Shown here piece by piece: positions 1 to 10,373 of a DNA stretch of 64,000 nt. The translations under genes were made by a program, and so were the position numbers. This DNA comes from a candidate division NC10 bacterium CSP1-5 (GTDB taxonomy: Bacteria; Methylomirabilota; Methylomirabilia; Methylomirabilales; CSP1-5). The notes under the pieces are model-generated. The model saw only the letters and a list, made by a program, of their open reading frames with translations, was not told the DNA's origin and did not search any database. The stretch covers positions 2,384 through 66,383 of the forward strand of contig LDXR01000017.1 in assembly GCA_001443495.1 (NCBI GenBank), written 5' to 3'. Within the stretch, counting starts at the first letter, position 1. Every line of letters begins with the position of its first letter.

Positions 1-1490
1 CAGAATCGCTGCGGCGCCACCTCGACCTGGATCCGCAATTCGTAGACCGGGTAGAGGCGGGAGGCGCCGGTTACCTGAACTTCTTCCTGACCAAGGCCTT
101 CTGGCAGCAGGTGATTCCGGGGATCCTCACCGCGGGGGAGGAGTACGGTCGGTCTCGGGTTGGCGCAGGAAAGAGGGCTCAGGTCGAGTTTGTCAGCGCC
201 AACCCCACCGGGCCGCTCCACGTCGGACATGGTCGGGGTGCCGCGGTGGGGGATGCCCTGGCGAATCTGTTGGCGGCTGCGGGATTTACCGTCGAGCGGG
301 AGTTCTACGTCAATGACGCCGGGACACAGATCGAGATGCTGGCTCGCTCTGTCCTGGCCCGGTACCGGCAAAGCTTCAGCCGGGAGGCCCCCTTGCCTGA
401 GGGAGGGTACCACGGGGAGTACGTCCGCGACCTGGCGGCTGCCCTGCAGGCAGAGTATGGCGAGAAGTTTCTGGATCTCCCAGGGCAGGAGTCGCTCCCG
501 GTGATCGGTGAGTTTGCGACTCGCCTCATGCTGGAGGAGATCAAAGGCGATCTGGAGCGGTTCGGAATCCACTTCGATTCCTGGGTGAGCGAGAAGATCC
601 TGCTCGGCCGATGGGGTCCGCCGGATCAGGCTCGACTGCTGGCGACGGTACGCGATCTCTTTGGCCCGCACGTCTATGAGGAGGAGGGGGCGATCTGGCT
701 CCGGACATCCGCCTTCGGGGACGACAAGGACCGGGTCCTGATCCGGGCCAGTGGAGAGCCCACCTATTTCGTCTCCGACTGCTTCTACCATCGCGAGAAG
801 TTCGAACGCGGATTCGAACGTCTGATCGACGTCTGGGGGGCCGATCACCACGGCTACATCCCGAGAGTCAAGGCAGCGCTCGAAGCCTTGGGCTATCCTT
901 TCGAGGCGCTGCATGTCGTCTTGGTGCAGATGGTTACGGTCCTTCGGGGGGGCATGCCGGTTCCCATGTCGAAGCGGAGCGGGGAGTTCGTCACCTTGGC
1001 CGAGGTGATGGCCGAGGTCGGGACCGATGCGGCCCGCTTCATCTTCCTGACCCGCCGCTCGGACAGCCCCCTCGACTTTGACCTCGAGCTCGCCAAGGCC
1101 CAGTCCATGGAGAACCCGGTCTACTATGTGCAGTACGCCCACGCGCGCTTGAGCAGCGTCTTGCGGGAGGCGGAAAAGGCGGGGGTCCCCGGCCCCTATC
1201 TCGAAGCCCCCCTGGCCCTTTTGGATCAGCCCGAGGAGATTTCACTCTTGAAGCACCTTGCCCTGTACCCCGAGATGGTGGAGGCGGCGGCGGTCACGTA
1301 TGAGCCGCACCGCATTCCGGCTTACTTGCAGAATTTGGCAGGGGAGTTGCATGGCTATTACAATAAATATCGGATCATCGGTGCGGATCGACCGCTGAGC
1401 CAGGCACGCCTCGCGCTGGTTTCGGCGACACGGACGGTGCTGGCGAACGCGCTCACGCTCCTGGGCGTGACGGCACCCCAACGCATGTAG
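1..1490 (+). CDS. argS: arginine--tRNA ligase, 5' end outside window
   Basis: The frame of track ORF 111-1490 stays open back to base 3 (ESLRRHLDLDPQFVDRVEAGGAGYLNFFL). HIGH-region ANPTGPLHVGHGRGAAVGD and C-terminal anticodon-binding region ENPVYYVQYAHARL are present. Stop at 1488-1490. Confidence 0.9.
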   Translation, partial: ESLRRHLDLDPQFVDRVEAGGAGYLNFFLTKAFWQQVIPGILTAGEEYGRSRVGAGKRAQVEFVSANPTGPLHVGHGRGAAVGDALANLLAAAGFTVEREFYVNDAGTQIEMLARSVLARYRQSFSREAPLPEGGYHGEYVRDLAAALQAEYGEKFLDLPGQESLPVIGEFATRLMLEEIKGDLERFGIHFDSWVSEKILLGRWGPPDQARLLATVRDLFGPHVYEEEGAIWLRTSAFGDDKDRVLIRASGEPTYFVSDCFYHREKFERGFERLIDVWGADHHGYIPRVKAALEALGYPFEALHVVLVQMVTVLRGGMPVPMSKRSGEFVTLAEVMAEVGTDAARFIFLTRRSDSPLDFDLELAKAQSMENPVYYVQYAHARLSSVLREAEKAGVPGPYLEAPLALLDQPEEISLLKHLALYPEMVEAAAVTYEPHRIPAYLQNLAGELHGYYNKYRIIGADRPLSQARLALVSATRTVLANALTLLGVTAPQRM

Positions 1491-1493
1491 CGA

Positions 1494-1620
1494 ACGGATT
1501 ACCGACTACCGATGACCGTTGACCGAAAGGGCGAGGGGTGGTATTTCTCGGTCGCGGGTCATCGGTTACAGATCGTCGGTGCACTCTCATTTGTCATCGG
1601 ACTACTGTCATCGGTCATCG
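1494..1620. repeat. heptamer array locus A (ACCGATG-type left arm, GTCATCG-type right arm, inverted)
   Basis: Left arm: ACGGATT ACCGACT ACCGATG ACCGTTG ACCGAAA (1494-1528). Core: GGGCGAGGGGTGG. Right arm: nine in-phase units at 1558-1620, four of them exact GTCATCG (1558, 1593, 1607, 1614). The array ends 15 nt before the alaC-like ATG. Confidence 0.9.
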
Positions 1621-1635
1621 AGTAAGGGGGGAATC

Positions 1636-2802
1636 ATGCATGACTTTGCACGGATGAAGCGACTGCCCCCCTACATCTTCAGCATCGTCAACGAGCTGAA
1701 GACCAAGGCGCGGGCGCGGGGAGAGGACATCATCGATTTCGGCATGGGGAACCCGGATCAGCCGACACCGAAGCATATCGTCGACAAGCTGTGTGATGCG
1801 GCCCGGAATCCGAGAAACCATCGCTACTCCGCCTCGCGAGGAATCACCAAGCTCCGGAAGGCGATCGCCGACTGGTACCGCCGCCGGTACAGCGTGGAGA
1901 TCGATCCCGACACCGAGGCGATCGCCACTATCGGAGTCAAGGAGGGGATTTCCCATCTTGCCCTGGCGATCGTGGAACGGGGAGATGTGGCGTTGGTCCC
2001 GAGTCCGACCTATCCCATTCATGCCTATTCGGTGGTGATTGCGGGCGGCGATGTCCGGAACGTCCCCCTGGGACCGGGGATCGACTTCTTCGAGAAGCTG
2101 CAGGAGGCCTACAAGGGGTGCTGGCCGCCGCCCAAGCTCCTCATGGTGAGCTTTCCCCACAACCCCACGACCCAGGTGGTGGACCTCGCCTTCTTCACCA
2201 AGCTGGTCGAGTTCGCCAAAGCGCACGGTTTGATCGTGATCCACGACTTTGCCTACGCCGACCTCACCTTCGACGGATACCGGGCCCCGAGCTTTCTCGG
2301 GGTGCCGGGAGCGCGCGAGGTCGGGGTAGAGTTCTTCAGCCTCTCGAAGAGTTACAACATGCCGGGGTGGCGGGTCGGCTTCGCCGTCGGGAACCGACAG
2401 ATCATCGCCGCGTTAGCCCAGATCAAGAGCTATCTGGATTACGGCCATTTCCAGCCGATACAGATTGCCTCCATCATTGCGCTGAACGGTCCGCAGGATT
2501 GCGTGGACGACATCGTGGCGATGTACAGGGCCCGACGGGACGTGCTGGTGACCGGGCTGAACCGGCTCGGTTGGCCCTGTGAAAAGCCGCTGGGGACCAT
2601 GTTTGTCTGGGCCAAGATCCCGGAGGCCTACCGGGCCATGGGCTCCCTGGAGTTTTCGAAGTTCCTGCTAGAAAAGGCCAAGGTGGCGGTCTCACCCGGG
2701 ATCGGGTTCGGCAACCTGGGGGACGAGTATGTGCGCTTTGCCCTGGTGGAGAATCAACACCGGACCCGTCAGGCGCTCCAGGGGATCAGGCGGGCGCTCT
2801 GA
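1636..2802 (+). CDS. alaC: class I PLP aminotransferase, AlaC/YfdZ-like alanine aminotransferase
   Basis: ATG 1636 is preceded by AAGGGGGG. N-terminus [28 protein letters not shown] and the PLP-lysine region [15 protein letters not shown] match the AlaC pattern. The track start at 1519 reads through the heptamer array and is not credible. Confidence 0.85.
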   Translation: MHDFARMKRLPPYIFSIVNELKTKARARGEDIIDFGMGNPDQPTPKHIVDKLCDAARNPRNHRYSASRGITKLRKAIADWYRRRYSVEIDPDTEAIATIGVKEGISHLALAIVERGDVALVPSPTYPIHAYSVVIAGGDVRNVPLGPGIDFFEKLQEAYKGCWPPPKLLMVSFPHNPTTQVVDLAFFTKLVEFAKAHGLIVIHDFAYADLTFDGYRAPSFLGVPGAREVGVEFFSLSKSYNMPGWRVGFAVGNRQIIAALAQIKSYLDYGHFQPIQIASIIALNGPQDCVDDIVAMYRARRDVLVTGLNRLGWPCEKPLGTMFVWAKIPEAYRAMGSLEFSKFLLEKAKVAVSPGIGFGNLGDEYVRFALVENQHRTRQALQGIRRAL

Positions 2803-2858
2803 GCGGAGGACGGCCTTTGCCCCTTGCCAGGCGCAGGGACGTTCGGTATAGTGAAGAC

Positions 2859-4274
2859 ATGAGCGTTGAGCGAGACAAGTTCCGGGACGAGTGCGGCGTC
2901 TTCGGCATCTACGGGCATCCGGAGGCGGCTAATCTCACCTATTTGGGCCTCTACGCCTTGCAGCACCGCGGCCAGGAATCGGCGGGGATCGCCTGTTCGG
3001 ACGGGAAGACGATCCATGTGGAAAAGGCGATGGGCCTGGTGGCCGACGTCTTCACCGAGGCGCGCCTCCGGCGGCTGCCGGGTGATATCGCCATCGGACA
3101 CGTCCGCTATTCCACCACCGGGTCGAGCCAACTCAAGAATGCCCAGCCCTTTTTCGCGGGCACCCATCGGGGCTCCCTGGCGCTCGGTCACAACGGCAAC
3201 CTGGTCAACGCCATGAGGGTCCGGGCCGAACTCGAGGCTCGGGGATCCGTCTTCAGCTCGACATCCGACACCGAGGTCATCCTGCATCTGATCGCCCGCT
3301 CTCAGGCCGATAGCTTGATCGATGCGGCCGCCGCGGCGCTATCAGACCTCCACGGGGCCTACTCCTTGGTCCTGATGAACGAGGGACAGCTTCTCGGGAT
3401 CCGCGACCCCCGAGGCTTCCGTCCCCTCTCCCTGGGCCGGATCAAGGAGGGCTATGTGCTTGCGTCAGAATCCTGCGCCTTTGACCTGATCGGGGCGACC
3501 TTCGTGCGGGATGTGGATCCCGGAGAGTTTCTCTTGATCGATCAGAGCGGACTGCACTCGTATTTCCCGCTGCCGGTGACCTCCCCCGCCATGTGCATCT
3601 TTGAGCACGTGTACTTTGCACGCCCCGACAGCCTGGTCTTTGGCCAGCACGTCTCTCGAGTCCGGAAAGAGCTGGGACGCCGCCTGGCGCAGGAGGCCCC
3701 CGCCGACGCGGATATCGTCGTTCCCGTCCCCGATTCCGGGATGTACGCCGCCCTGGGCTATGCCCAGGAGGCGGGTCTTTCCTATGAGCAGGGGATGGTG
3801 CGAAACCACTACGTGGGCCGGACCTTCATCGAGCCCAAGGGCTCCATCCGGCACTTCGGTGTCAAGGTCAAGCTCAACGCCGTGCGCGAGGTCCTGGAGG
3901 GGAAGCGGGTCGTGGTGGTGGATGACTCCATCATCCGCGGAACGACGAGCCGAAAGATCGTCGCCATGCTCCGGGCGGCCGGGGCCCGGGAGGTCCATAT
4001 GCGGGTCAGCTCTCCGCCCACGAGCTGGCCATGCTACTACGGCATCGATACCCCGACCCGCCGGGAGCTCATTGCTTCGTCACACACGGTGGATGAGATT
4101 CGGAGGTACGTCGGGGCCGATTCCTTGGCGTACCTCAGCCTCAAGGGCCTCCTGGAAGCCGTGGGCAAGGATGACGGGTACTGTGCAGCCTGCTGGACCG
4201 GCCGATATCCCGTGGAGTTTCCGGGCCAGGGGGTGCGGCAGTTGAACCTCTTCGAGCATCGCGAACGCGCATAG
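2859..4274 (+). CDS. purF: amidophosphoribosyltransferase
   Basis: ATG 2859, a short propeptide, then the Ntn cysteine CGVFGIYGH. PRTase loop [14 protein letters not shown]-terminal Cys pattern [15 protein letters not shown]. Confidence 0.95.
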   Translation: MSVERDKFRDECGVFGIYGHPEAANLTYLGLYALQHRGQESAGIACSDGKTIHVEKAMGLVADVFTEARLRRLPGDIAIGHVRYSTTGSSQLKNAQPFFAGTHRGSLALGHNGNLVNAMRVRAELEARGSVFSSTSDTEVILHLIARSQADSLIDAAAAALSDLHGAYSLVLMNEGQLLGIRDPRGFRPLSLGRIKEGYVLASESCAFDLIGATFVRDVDPGEFLLIDQSGLHSYFPLPVTSPAMCIFEHVYFARPDSLVFGQHVSRVRKELGRRLAQEAPADADIVVPVPDSGMYAALGYAQEAGLSYEQGMVRNHYVGRTFIEPKGSIRHFGVKVKLNAVREVLEGKRVVVVDDSIIRGTTSRKIVAMLRAAGAREVHMRVSSPPTSWPCYYGIDTPTRRELIASSHTVDEIRRYVGADSLAYLSLKGLLEAVGKDDGYCAACWTGRYPVEFPGQGVRQLNLFEHRERA

Positions 4275-4283
4275 GAGAGAAAG

Positions 4284-4556
4284 ATGACAACGGCTTCTAC
4301 GGATCCTCACGAGCGGGCGAGGCGGCTCGCGCGGCTCATCGTGGCCGATATCATCCTCTACAATCAGGCCAAGATCGATGAGGGGATCAAGAATGATACT
4401 CTCTTTGATCTCCTCGCAGAGGATATCGAAGTCGCCCGCCGGTACTACGAAAAGCATGTGGACGCTGCCGTGGCCCGGGAGGCGAATTACTTCGACCTGG
4501 CCCTCGTGGATGTCCTGGTCAAGGGAAGGCAGGACATCCCGTCCAAGATCTGGTAG
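4284..4556 (+). CDS. small conserved hypothetical protein (90 aa)
   Basis: ATG preceded by GGAGAGAAAG. Non-repetitive helical-looking sequence (ERARRLARLIVADIILYNQAKIDEGI) with GC-rich third positions. No function recognised. Confidence 0.5.
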   Translation: MTTASTDPHERARRLARLIVADIILYNQAKIDEGIKNDTLFDLLAEDIEVARRYYEKHVDAAVAREANYFDLALVDVLVKGRQDIPSKIW

Positions 4557-4652
4557 GAAGGGTCTCCCGCACTCACGTTCCGCATCTCTTCCACGGACGG
4601 CACGCGTGTCTCCGCGAACCGGGGGACCTTCCGCGCTCTATCCCAACAGAGA

Positions 4653-4681
4653 TTGCAATCCCCGGTCTCTCCTGCTAGACT
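4653..4681 (+). promoter_or_regulatory. sigma70-like promoter candidate for hppA
   Basis: TTGCAA (4653-4658), a 17-nt spacer, then TAGACT (4676-4681), about 65 nt upstream of the hppA ATG. Confidence 0.4.
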
Positions 4682-4747
4682 CTCCCCGCCTGCGACGGGA
4701 TACCATCCGCCATGCATGACTGACCTTCAATAAAGGAGCAGACGACG

Positions 4748-7075
4748 ATGAGCGAGGCCAGTATTGTCCTTCCCCAGTTCGGGCCGACGGAGTGGACCAT
4801 CCTGTGGGTGGTCCTTGTCTCATCCTTTATCGCCCTGGGGTATGGTCTGTTGCTGGCGTTTCGGGTCCTTCGGGAAGATCCGGGATCGCCAGCGATGGTC
4901 CGGGTAGCCGCCGCCATCGAGGAGGGGGCCTTTGCCTACCTGGCGCGTCAGGTGAAGACTATGATCTGGTTTGTCATCGCCATCACGATCGGTCTTTTTT
5001 TCATGTACCGCGGGATGTACGAGGGGTTGGTTCTTCCTCTCGGCGTGTCGCTCGCCTTCCTGATGGGGGTGGCAGCGTCCTACGGCGCCGGTTATGTCGG
5101 CATGTGGTTGGCCGTGAAGGGAAACGTCCGGACAGCCGCCGCTGCCCTGAAAAGCTTCAAGACATCGCTGGAGATCGCCTTCCGGGCCGGCACGGTGTCC
5201 GGGATGTTCACCGTCGGCCTCGGCCTCCTCGGTGCCACCATCATCTTCCTCTTGTTCAGAGAAAATGCCATGAAGATCCTGATCGGCTTCGGCTTCGGCG
5301 GGTCGTTGGCCGCCCTCTTTATGCGCATGGGTGGCGGCATTTTCACCAAGGCGGCCGATGTGGGAGCGGACCTAGTGGGCAAGATCGAGAAAGGAATCCC
5401 GGAGGACGACCCGCGCAATCCCGCCACGATCGCGGACAACGTGGGTGACAACGTGGGCGACTGCGCCGGCATGGCGGCCGATGTCTTCGAATCCTACGAG
5501 GTTACGCTGGTGGCCGCCATCATCCTGGGTGCGGGTGCCATGCTGGACAAGGATTTCGTTCAGGCCTTTGGAGGCGAGGCCACTGCGCTCAAGGTGACAT
5601 TAGCGCTGGTCATCTACCCCCTCCTCATCCGGGCCGTGGGGGTCTTCGGCTCGATCATCGGCACCTGGGCCGTGCGGGGGAAAGATGACCCCGCCATGAA
5701 TCCCATGAAGCCGATCAACGTCGGATTCTGGGTGGCCGCCCTCACCTCCGTTGTCGGGTTCTTCGGGGTGAGCTGGTGGTACCTCGGGAGCATCACCGCC
5801 ACGAAGTACCACAGCGAGGGATTCCCCTTCTGGCTGCGCGTGTCCGTGGCCAATACCATGGGCATCGTCCTGGCCCTGGTGATCCAGTGGATGACGGAGT
5901 ACTTCACGGCGACGGATAAAAAGCCGGTGAACGAGATTGCGCACGCCAGCAAAACGGGTCCGGCCACGCTGATCCTCTCCGGGGTTGCCTATGGCCTGGA
6001 GTCGAGCGTCTGGGCCATCCTAGCCATCGCCGCCACTATCTTCGGCTCGTACAGCATCTTTGGGGGGAGCTTCTCGCTGTCCGCCTACGGCATCGCCCTG
6101 GCCGGCCTGGGGCTCTTGGCCACCACCGGCTTCGTCCTGGCCGAGGATACGTTCGGTCCCATCTCGGACAACGCCAGTGGCATCTTCGAAATGTCCGGGG
6201 CGCTGAAGGACAACCCCAAAACCCCGTCCGGGATCGAGGCGCACCGGATCGTGGCCAAGCTGGACGCGGTGGGGAACACGACCAAGGCGCTCACCAAAGG
6301 ACTGGCCATTGCCACGGCGGTCATCGCCGCGGTCTCCCTCTTTCGCTCGTTCATTGACGAGGCGCACCTGTATGAGATCGGTATTCAAGTGAACCTCCCG
6401 GAGGTGTTCATCGGGTTCCTCATCGGCGGGGCCGTGCCGTTCCTCTTCTCCTCCTTCGCCATCCAGGCGGTGAGCCGGGCCGCCTTCCTCCTGGTGGAAG
6501 AGGTCCGACGGCAGTTCCGCGAGAAGCCCGGGATCATGGAGTATAAGGAGAAGCCTGACTACGGTCGCTGCGTGGAGATCGTGACGGCCGCCGCCCAGAA
6601 AGAGCTGCTCGGGCCCGGCATCCTCTCGATCGTAAGCCCCATCCTGGTGGCCTTCGCCTTTGGCGCCCCTGCCCTGGGCGGATTCCTGGCCGGCGCGATC
6701 CTCACCGGGCAGCTGATGGCGGTCTTCCTGTCCAATACCGGTGGGGCCTGGGACAACGCCAAGAAGAAGATCGAGGAGGGCCTCTTCGGTGGGAAGGGGA
6801 CCGAATTCCACAAGGCCGCGGTCATCGGCGACACCGTCGGCGATCCGTTCAAGGATACGGCGGGGCCGGCGATCAATCCGATGATCAAGGTCATGAACCT
6901 CGTGGCGATCCTGGTGGCGCCGCTGGCGATTCAGGATATCGCCCCCATAACGCGCTTCATCATTTTTCTGGTTTGTCTGCTCATCCTCGGCTTCTCCGTC
7001 GCATTCTCCAAGCGGGGTTCTATCGCCAAGGAGCAACCCGCGTCAGGGAGGAAGGTCGTCGAAGCCTCGAAATAG
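4748..7075 (+). CDS. hppA: membrane-bound proton/sodium-translocating pyrophosphatase
   Basis: 775-aa polytopic protein with signatures GDNVGDNVGDCAGMAADVFESYEV, GGAWDNAKKKIE and GDTVGDPFKDTAGPAINP. Confidence 0.95.
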   Translation: MSEASIVLPQFGPTEWTILWVVLVSSFIALGYGLLLAFRVLREDPGSPAMVRVAAAIEEGAFAYLARQVKTMIWFVIAITIGLFFMYRGMYEGLVLPLGVSLAFLMGVAASYGAGYVGMWLAVKGNVRTAAAALKSFKTSLEIAFRAGTVSGMFTVGLGLLGATIIFLLFRENAMKILIGFGFGGSLAALFMRMGGGIFTKAADVGADLVGKIEKGIPEDDPRNPATIADNVGDNVGDCAGMAADVFESYEVTLVAAIILGAGAMLDKDFVQAFGGEATALKVTLALVIYPLLIRAVGVFGSIIGTWAVRGKDDPAMNPMKPINVGFWVAALTSVVGFFGVSWWYLGSITATKYHSEGFPFWLRVSVANTMGIVLALVIQWMTEYFTATDKKPVNEIAHASKTGPATLILSGVAYGLESSVWAILAIAATIFGSYSIFGGSFSLSAYGIALAGLGLLATTGFVLAEDTFGPISDNASGIFEMSGALKDNPKTPSGIEAHRIVAKLDAVGNTTKALTKGLAIATAVIAAVSLFRSFIDEAHLYEIGIQVNLPEVFIGFLIGGAVPFLFSSFAIQAVSRAAFLLVEEVRRQFREKPGIMEYKEKPDYGRCVEIVTAAAQKELLGPGILSIVSPILVAFAFGAPALGGFLAGAILTGQLMAVFLSNTGGAWDNAKKKIEEGLFGGKGTEFHKAAVIGDTVGDPFKDTAGPAINPMIKVMNLVAILVAPLAIQDIAPITRFIIFLVCLLILGFSVAFSKRGSIAKEQPASGRKVVEASK

Positions 7076-7091
7076 CTTGGGAGGGGGAACA

Positions 7092-8510
7092 ATGGCCGGG
7101 GATGACTATCGGATTGAACGCGACTCGATGGGAGAAGTCCGGGTTCCAGCCAAGGCCTATTATGGGGCGCAAACGCAGCGCGCCGTCGAGAACTTTCCGG
7201 TGAGCGGGCTCCGCTTCCCCCCGAGCTTTATCCACGCCCTGGGGATGATCAAGCTGTGTGGGGCGAGGGCGAACCTCGACCTCGGGCTGCTAGACCGGAG
7301 GATCGCCGAGGCCGTGATCAAAGCCGCCCAGGAAGTGGTGGCCGGGACGTGGAACGGGGAGTTCGTCGTCGACATCTTTCAAACCGGCTCCGGCACCTCG
7401 ACGAACATGAATGCCAACGAGGTGATCGCGAATCGGGCCATCGAGCTTTTGGGGGGGCAGATCGGTAGCAAACAGCCAGTCCATCCCAATGACCATGTGA
7501 ACCTGGGGCAGTCGTCGAACGATGTGATCCCGACCGCCATCCACGTGGCGGCCCTCCAGGAGATCGAGCGGGAACTCCTGCCTTCCCTGCGGAAGCTGCA
7601 CCAGGTCCTCCTCGCCAAGGCGGGGGAGTTTGACCGGGTGGTCAAGATTGGCCGGACGCATCTGCAGGATGCGACCCCCGTTCGGCTGGGACAGGAATTC
7701 GGCGGCTATGCCAGGCAGGTGGAGCTTGGCATCGTGCGGATCGAACGGATCCGCCCGTCACTCCACGAACTGGCGTTGGGCGGCACCGCCGTGGGGACCG
7801 GGATCAACACCCATCCCGAGTTTCCCGGTCGGGTGATCCGGTACCTGGCCGAGATGACCCAGCTCCCGCTGGGTGAGGCCAAGAATCATTTCGAAGCCCA
7901 GGGGAGCCAAGATGCTCTCGTGGAGACGAGCGGGATCCTCAAGACGGTCGCGGTGAGCCTGACGAAGATCGCCAATGATATCCGCTGGCTCGGGTCGGGT
8001 CCCCGTTGCGGCCTCGGCGAGATTGTGCTTCCCGCCATTCAGCCGGGCTCCTCCATCATGCCGGGCAAGGTCAATCCGGTCATCCCCGAGGCTGTCATCC
8101 AGGTGGCGGCCCAGGTGATCGGCAATGACGCCTGCATCACCATCGGGGGCCAGGGAGGGTACTTCGAGCTGAACGTGATGATGCCGGTTATGGCCCATAC
8201 GCTCTTGCAGTCCATCGCCCTGCTCTCGAGCGCCTCCCGGATCTTCGTCGATAAGTGCCTGGTGGGAATCCGTGCCGATGAGGCGCGCTGTGCCGAGCTG
8301 ATCGAGCAGTCCCTCGCGATGTGCACGGCGCTGGCCCCGGTCATCGGCTATGACAGCGCCGCGAAGATCGCCAAAGAGAGCTATGAGACCGGCAAGACGA
8401 TACGTCAGGTGGCCCTCGAGCACCGGATTCTCCCTGAGGCGGAGCTGAACCGGATTCTGGATCCCTGGCGGATGACCGAGCGGGGGATTGTCGGCCGTGG
8501 CGAGGGGTGA
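7092..8510 (+). CDS. aspA: aspartate ammonia-lyase / class II fumarase family (AspA-like)
   Basis: ATG 7092 follows GGGAGGGGG. YRIERDSMGEVRVPAKAYYGAQTQRAVENFPVSG is present. The SS-loop GSSIMPGKVNPVIPEAV has the AspA-type NPV rather than the FumC-type NPTQ. Confidence 0.8.
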   Translation: MAGDDYRIERDSMGEVRVPAKAYYGAQTQRAVENFPVSGLRFPPSFIHALGMIKLCGARANLDLGLLDRRIAEAVIKAAQEVVAGTWNGEFVVDIFQTGSGTSTNMNANEVIANRAIELLGGQIGSKQPVHPNDHVNLGQSSNDVIPTAIHVAALQEIERELLPSLRKLHQVLLAKAGEFDRVVKIGRTHLQDATPVRLGQEFGGYARQVELGIVRIERIRPSLHELALGGTAVGTGINTHPEFPGRVIRYLAEMTQLPLGEAKNHFEAQGSQDALVETSGILKTVAVSLTKIANDIRWLGSGPRCGLGEIVLPAIQPGSSIMPGKVNPVIPEAVIQVAAQVIGNDACITIGGQGGYFELNVMMPVMAHTLLQSIALLSSASRIFVDKCLVGIRADEARCAELIEQSLAMCTALAPVIGYDSAAKIAKESYETGKTIRQVALEHRILPEAELNRILDPWRMTERGIVGRGEG

Positions 8511-8685
8511 GGTCTCCCGGGATCGGCGGCGAGAGCGCGCGGCTGTTCTGGCCCTGCTGATCGGGTATGGCGGGTTCGTCGCGGGGACGATCCTCATCCC
8601 CATCTCGCCCACCCTGGGAGGCATCATCTTCTGGGCTGGGGTCTTTACGATCTTCTGGGCCGGCTGGTCCTCCACCACCAAGTAG
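8488..8685 (+). CDS. possible small two-helix membrane protein (65 aa)
   Basis: TTG/GTG start overlapping the aspA 3' end. Two hydrophobic segments (AAVLALLIGYGGFVAGTILIPI, GGIIFWAGVFTIFWAGW) with strong GC3 codon bias. No homology recognised. Confidence 0.3.
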   Translation: MSAVARGEVSRDRRRERAAVLALLIGYGGFVAGTILIPISPTLGGIIFWAGVFTIFWAGWSSTTK

Positions 8686-9211
8686 CGGCCAGCGGGTCGT
8701 GTCCTTCTCGTCTCACCGACTCGGGCGCACTGCAGCGCCCTTGGCCCCTCGCTCCAGGGCTCTCGCGGCGACCCTGTTCGGCGGCTTGCGGCCTGGGTCC
8801 CTCCGTGTTCACGATGCGTGCAACGAACTCGGGCACGGATCGCGCCTCGGTTTCCCAGGCCGTCGCCCGCCGAGGGACCCCGCCGCTTCCGCCAATGTCG
8901 CTCGGGGCCTGCAGGCGCTGTTGCCGTGGCAGGACCCGGGCCGAACCCAAACCAGTTTCCGCCTTCCTCAGGATTTTCTCCCCTCAGCGGCTCGCGGGTG
9001 GCGGAGGCCGAGGCCCGGCCGCCCGCAGGAGAATTTCGCAACCAACACTTCCCAATAAATGGCGCGTTAATTGTCCGAGGACGGACGGGCGAGGCCTCCG
9101 ACAGGACCCGCAGAGCCGGAGAGCCAAGAGGCGCGACCCACCTGGTACCCACCAGCAATCTGGACTTCCGTTATGTTTGGATCAGTGCTGACTGGGGCTG
9201 TGAACGGTAGG

Positions 9212-10126
9212 CTAGTAGACGGGCGTGCACCAGTGCTGATATTTCTCGTGCTCGGCCTTGACGACCTGAAAGTAGAGCTGCTGGATCTTGGCCGTGAGGG
9301 GACCAATCTTGCCGTCGGACAGGGGGCGCCGATCCACCTCGATGATGGGCGAGACCTGGGCCCCGGTTCCACAGAGGAACGCCTCGTCAGAGAGATAGAG
9401 CTCTGATCGTCCCACCGAACGTTCAGTCACCTCCAGACCGAGCTCCTCACGGGACAATTCGATGAGGGTCTGCCGCGTGATCCCCTCGAGGATATCGGCG
9501 GAGAGATCCGGCGTGATCAGGGTGCCGCCCCGGATCAGGAAGATGTTCTCGGCCGATCCTTCGGAGACATGCCCGTCCTGGGTCAACAAGACGGCCTCAT
9601 CGAAGCCCTGCTCGATTGCCTCCGTCTTCGCCAGAGCGGAATTGACGTACCCGCCGGTCACCTTGCACCTGGCCGGAATGCTATTGTCGCTGATCCGCCG
9701 CCACGAGCTGACGCCCACCTTGATCCCCGTGGAGGTGTCGAGATAATCCCCCAGGGGAATCGTATAGACAGCGAAACCGGTCTCGTACCCGACGAGCTTG
9801 GGTCCCAGGCCTTCCGAGCCGATGTACGCCAGGGGTCGAATGTACGCATCCTCCCGATGCTGGTTCTTCCGGAGCAGTTCCAGCGTGATGTCGCAGAGCT
9901 CCTTGACATCCCTTCCCACCCGGAGGCGGAGGACCCGACAATTGCGGAGGAGTCGTTCGTAGTGCTCGGCCATCTTGAAGACAAAGAGTTGCTTCCGGCG
10001 GGCGTTCCAGTATGCGCGGATGCCTTCGAAGATCCCGGTCCCATAGTGGAGGGCATTGGTGCGGATGCTGATCCTGGCTTCGTCGAGCGGGACGAACTGA
10101 TTGTTGAAATAGGCAAAAGGCGCCAT
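9212..10126 (-). CDS. ilvE: branched-chain amino acid aminotransferase (class IV)
   Basis: ATG at 10126 (MAPFAYFNNQFVPLDEARISIRTNALHYGTGIFEGIRAY), plus GSAENIFLIRGGTLITP. The track ORF extends 40 codons further upstream without support. Confidence 0.9.
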   Translation of the reverse strand: MAPFAYFNNQFVPLDEARISIRTNALHYGTGIFEGIRAYWNARRKQLFVFKMAEHYERLLRNCRVLRLRVGRDVKELCDITLELLRKNQHREDAYIRPLAYIGSEGLGPKLVGYETGFAVYTIPLGDYLDTSTGIKVGVSSWRRISDNSIPARCKVTGGYVNSALAKTEAIEQGFDEAVLLTQDGHVSEGSAENIFLIRGGTLITPDLSADILEGITRQTLIELSREELGLEVTERSVGRSELYLSDEAFLCGTGAQVSPIIEVDRRPLSDGKIGPLTAKIQQLYFQVVKAEHEKYQHWCTPVY

Positions 10127-10305
10127 AGGCAGGCTCCTCGGTCCTCCGAACGGCGATACAGCGTAACAAACAAGGTAGCGAGGGTGCGGGGGGGAAGTCA
10201 ACTGAATTTTGGCGCTCTGCAGGTCTCTTGGGCCCGATAGTGCCAAAAAGCCCTTGACAAGAGGGGGGGGAGGACGCTAGCGTGTCCTCAATAAATTCCG
10301 CAAGT

Positions 10306-10321
10306 TGGAACGCGGCTTGCA
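10306..10321 (+). promoter_or_regulatory. sigma54 (-24/-12) promoter candidate
   Basis: TGGAAC-GCGGC-TTGCA matches TGGCAC-N5-TTGCW with the correct GG-N10-GC spacing. It lies about 50 nt upstream of the response-regulator ATG. Confidence 0.5.
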
Positions 10322-10373
10322 GGGGTACAACGGAAATTCGTATCAGCGTCCACGGCGCGAAAAGGAGTGCCCC

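Noticed and set aside
1494-1620. Heptamer arrays considered as CRISPR or as coding repeats. The track ORF 1519-2802 reads through locus A in frame with the aminotransferase.
   Set aside because: The units are contiguous 7-mers with no spacers and no cas genes, so this is not a CRISPR. The aminotransferase family N-terminus begins at [13 protein letters not shown], with its own strong RBS at 1625-1632. The in-frame read-through is a by-product of the 21-nt periodicity.
8686-9211. Tested the non-coding gap as RNase P RNA, tmRNA or SRP RNA.
   Set aside because: The minus strand has GGAAGTCC but not the universal GGAAAGUCCGG context, and no ACAGAANCCGGCUUA-like 3' element. There is no tRNA-like T-arm/ACCA end or tag ORF for tmRNA. 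There is no CCGGAAGGAAGCAGCC-type SRP helix-8 motif. It is therefore kept only as an unexplained region.
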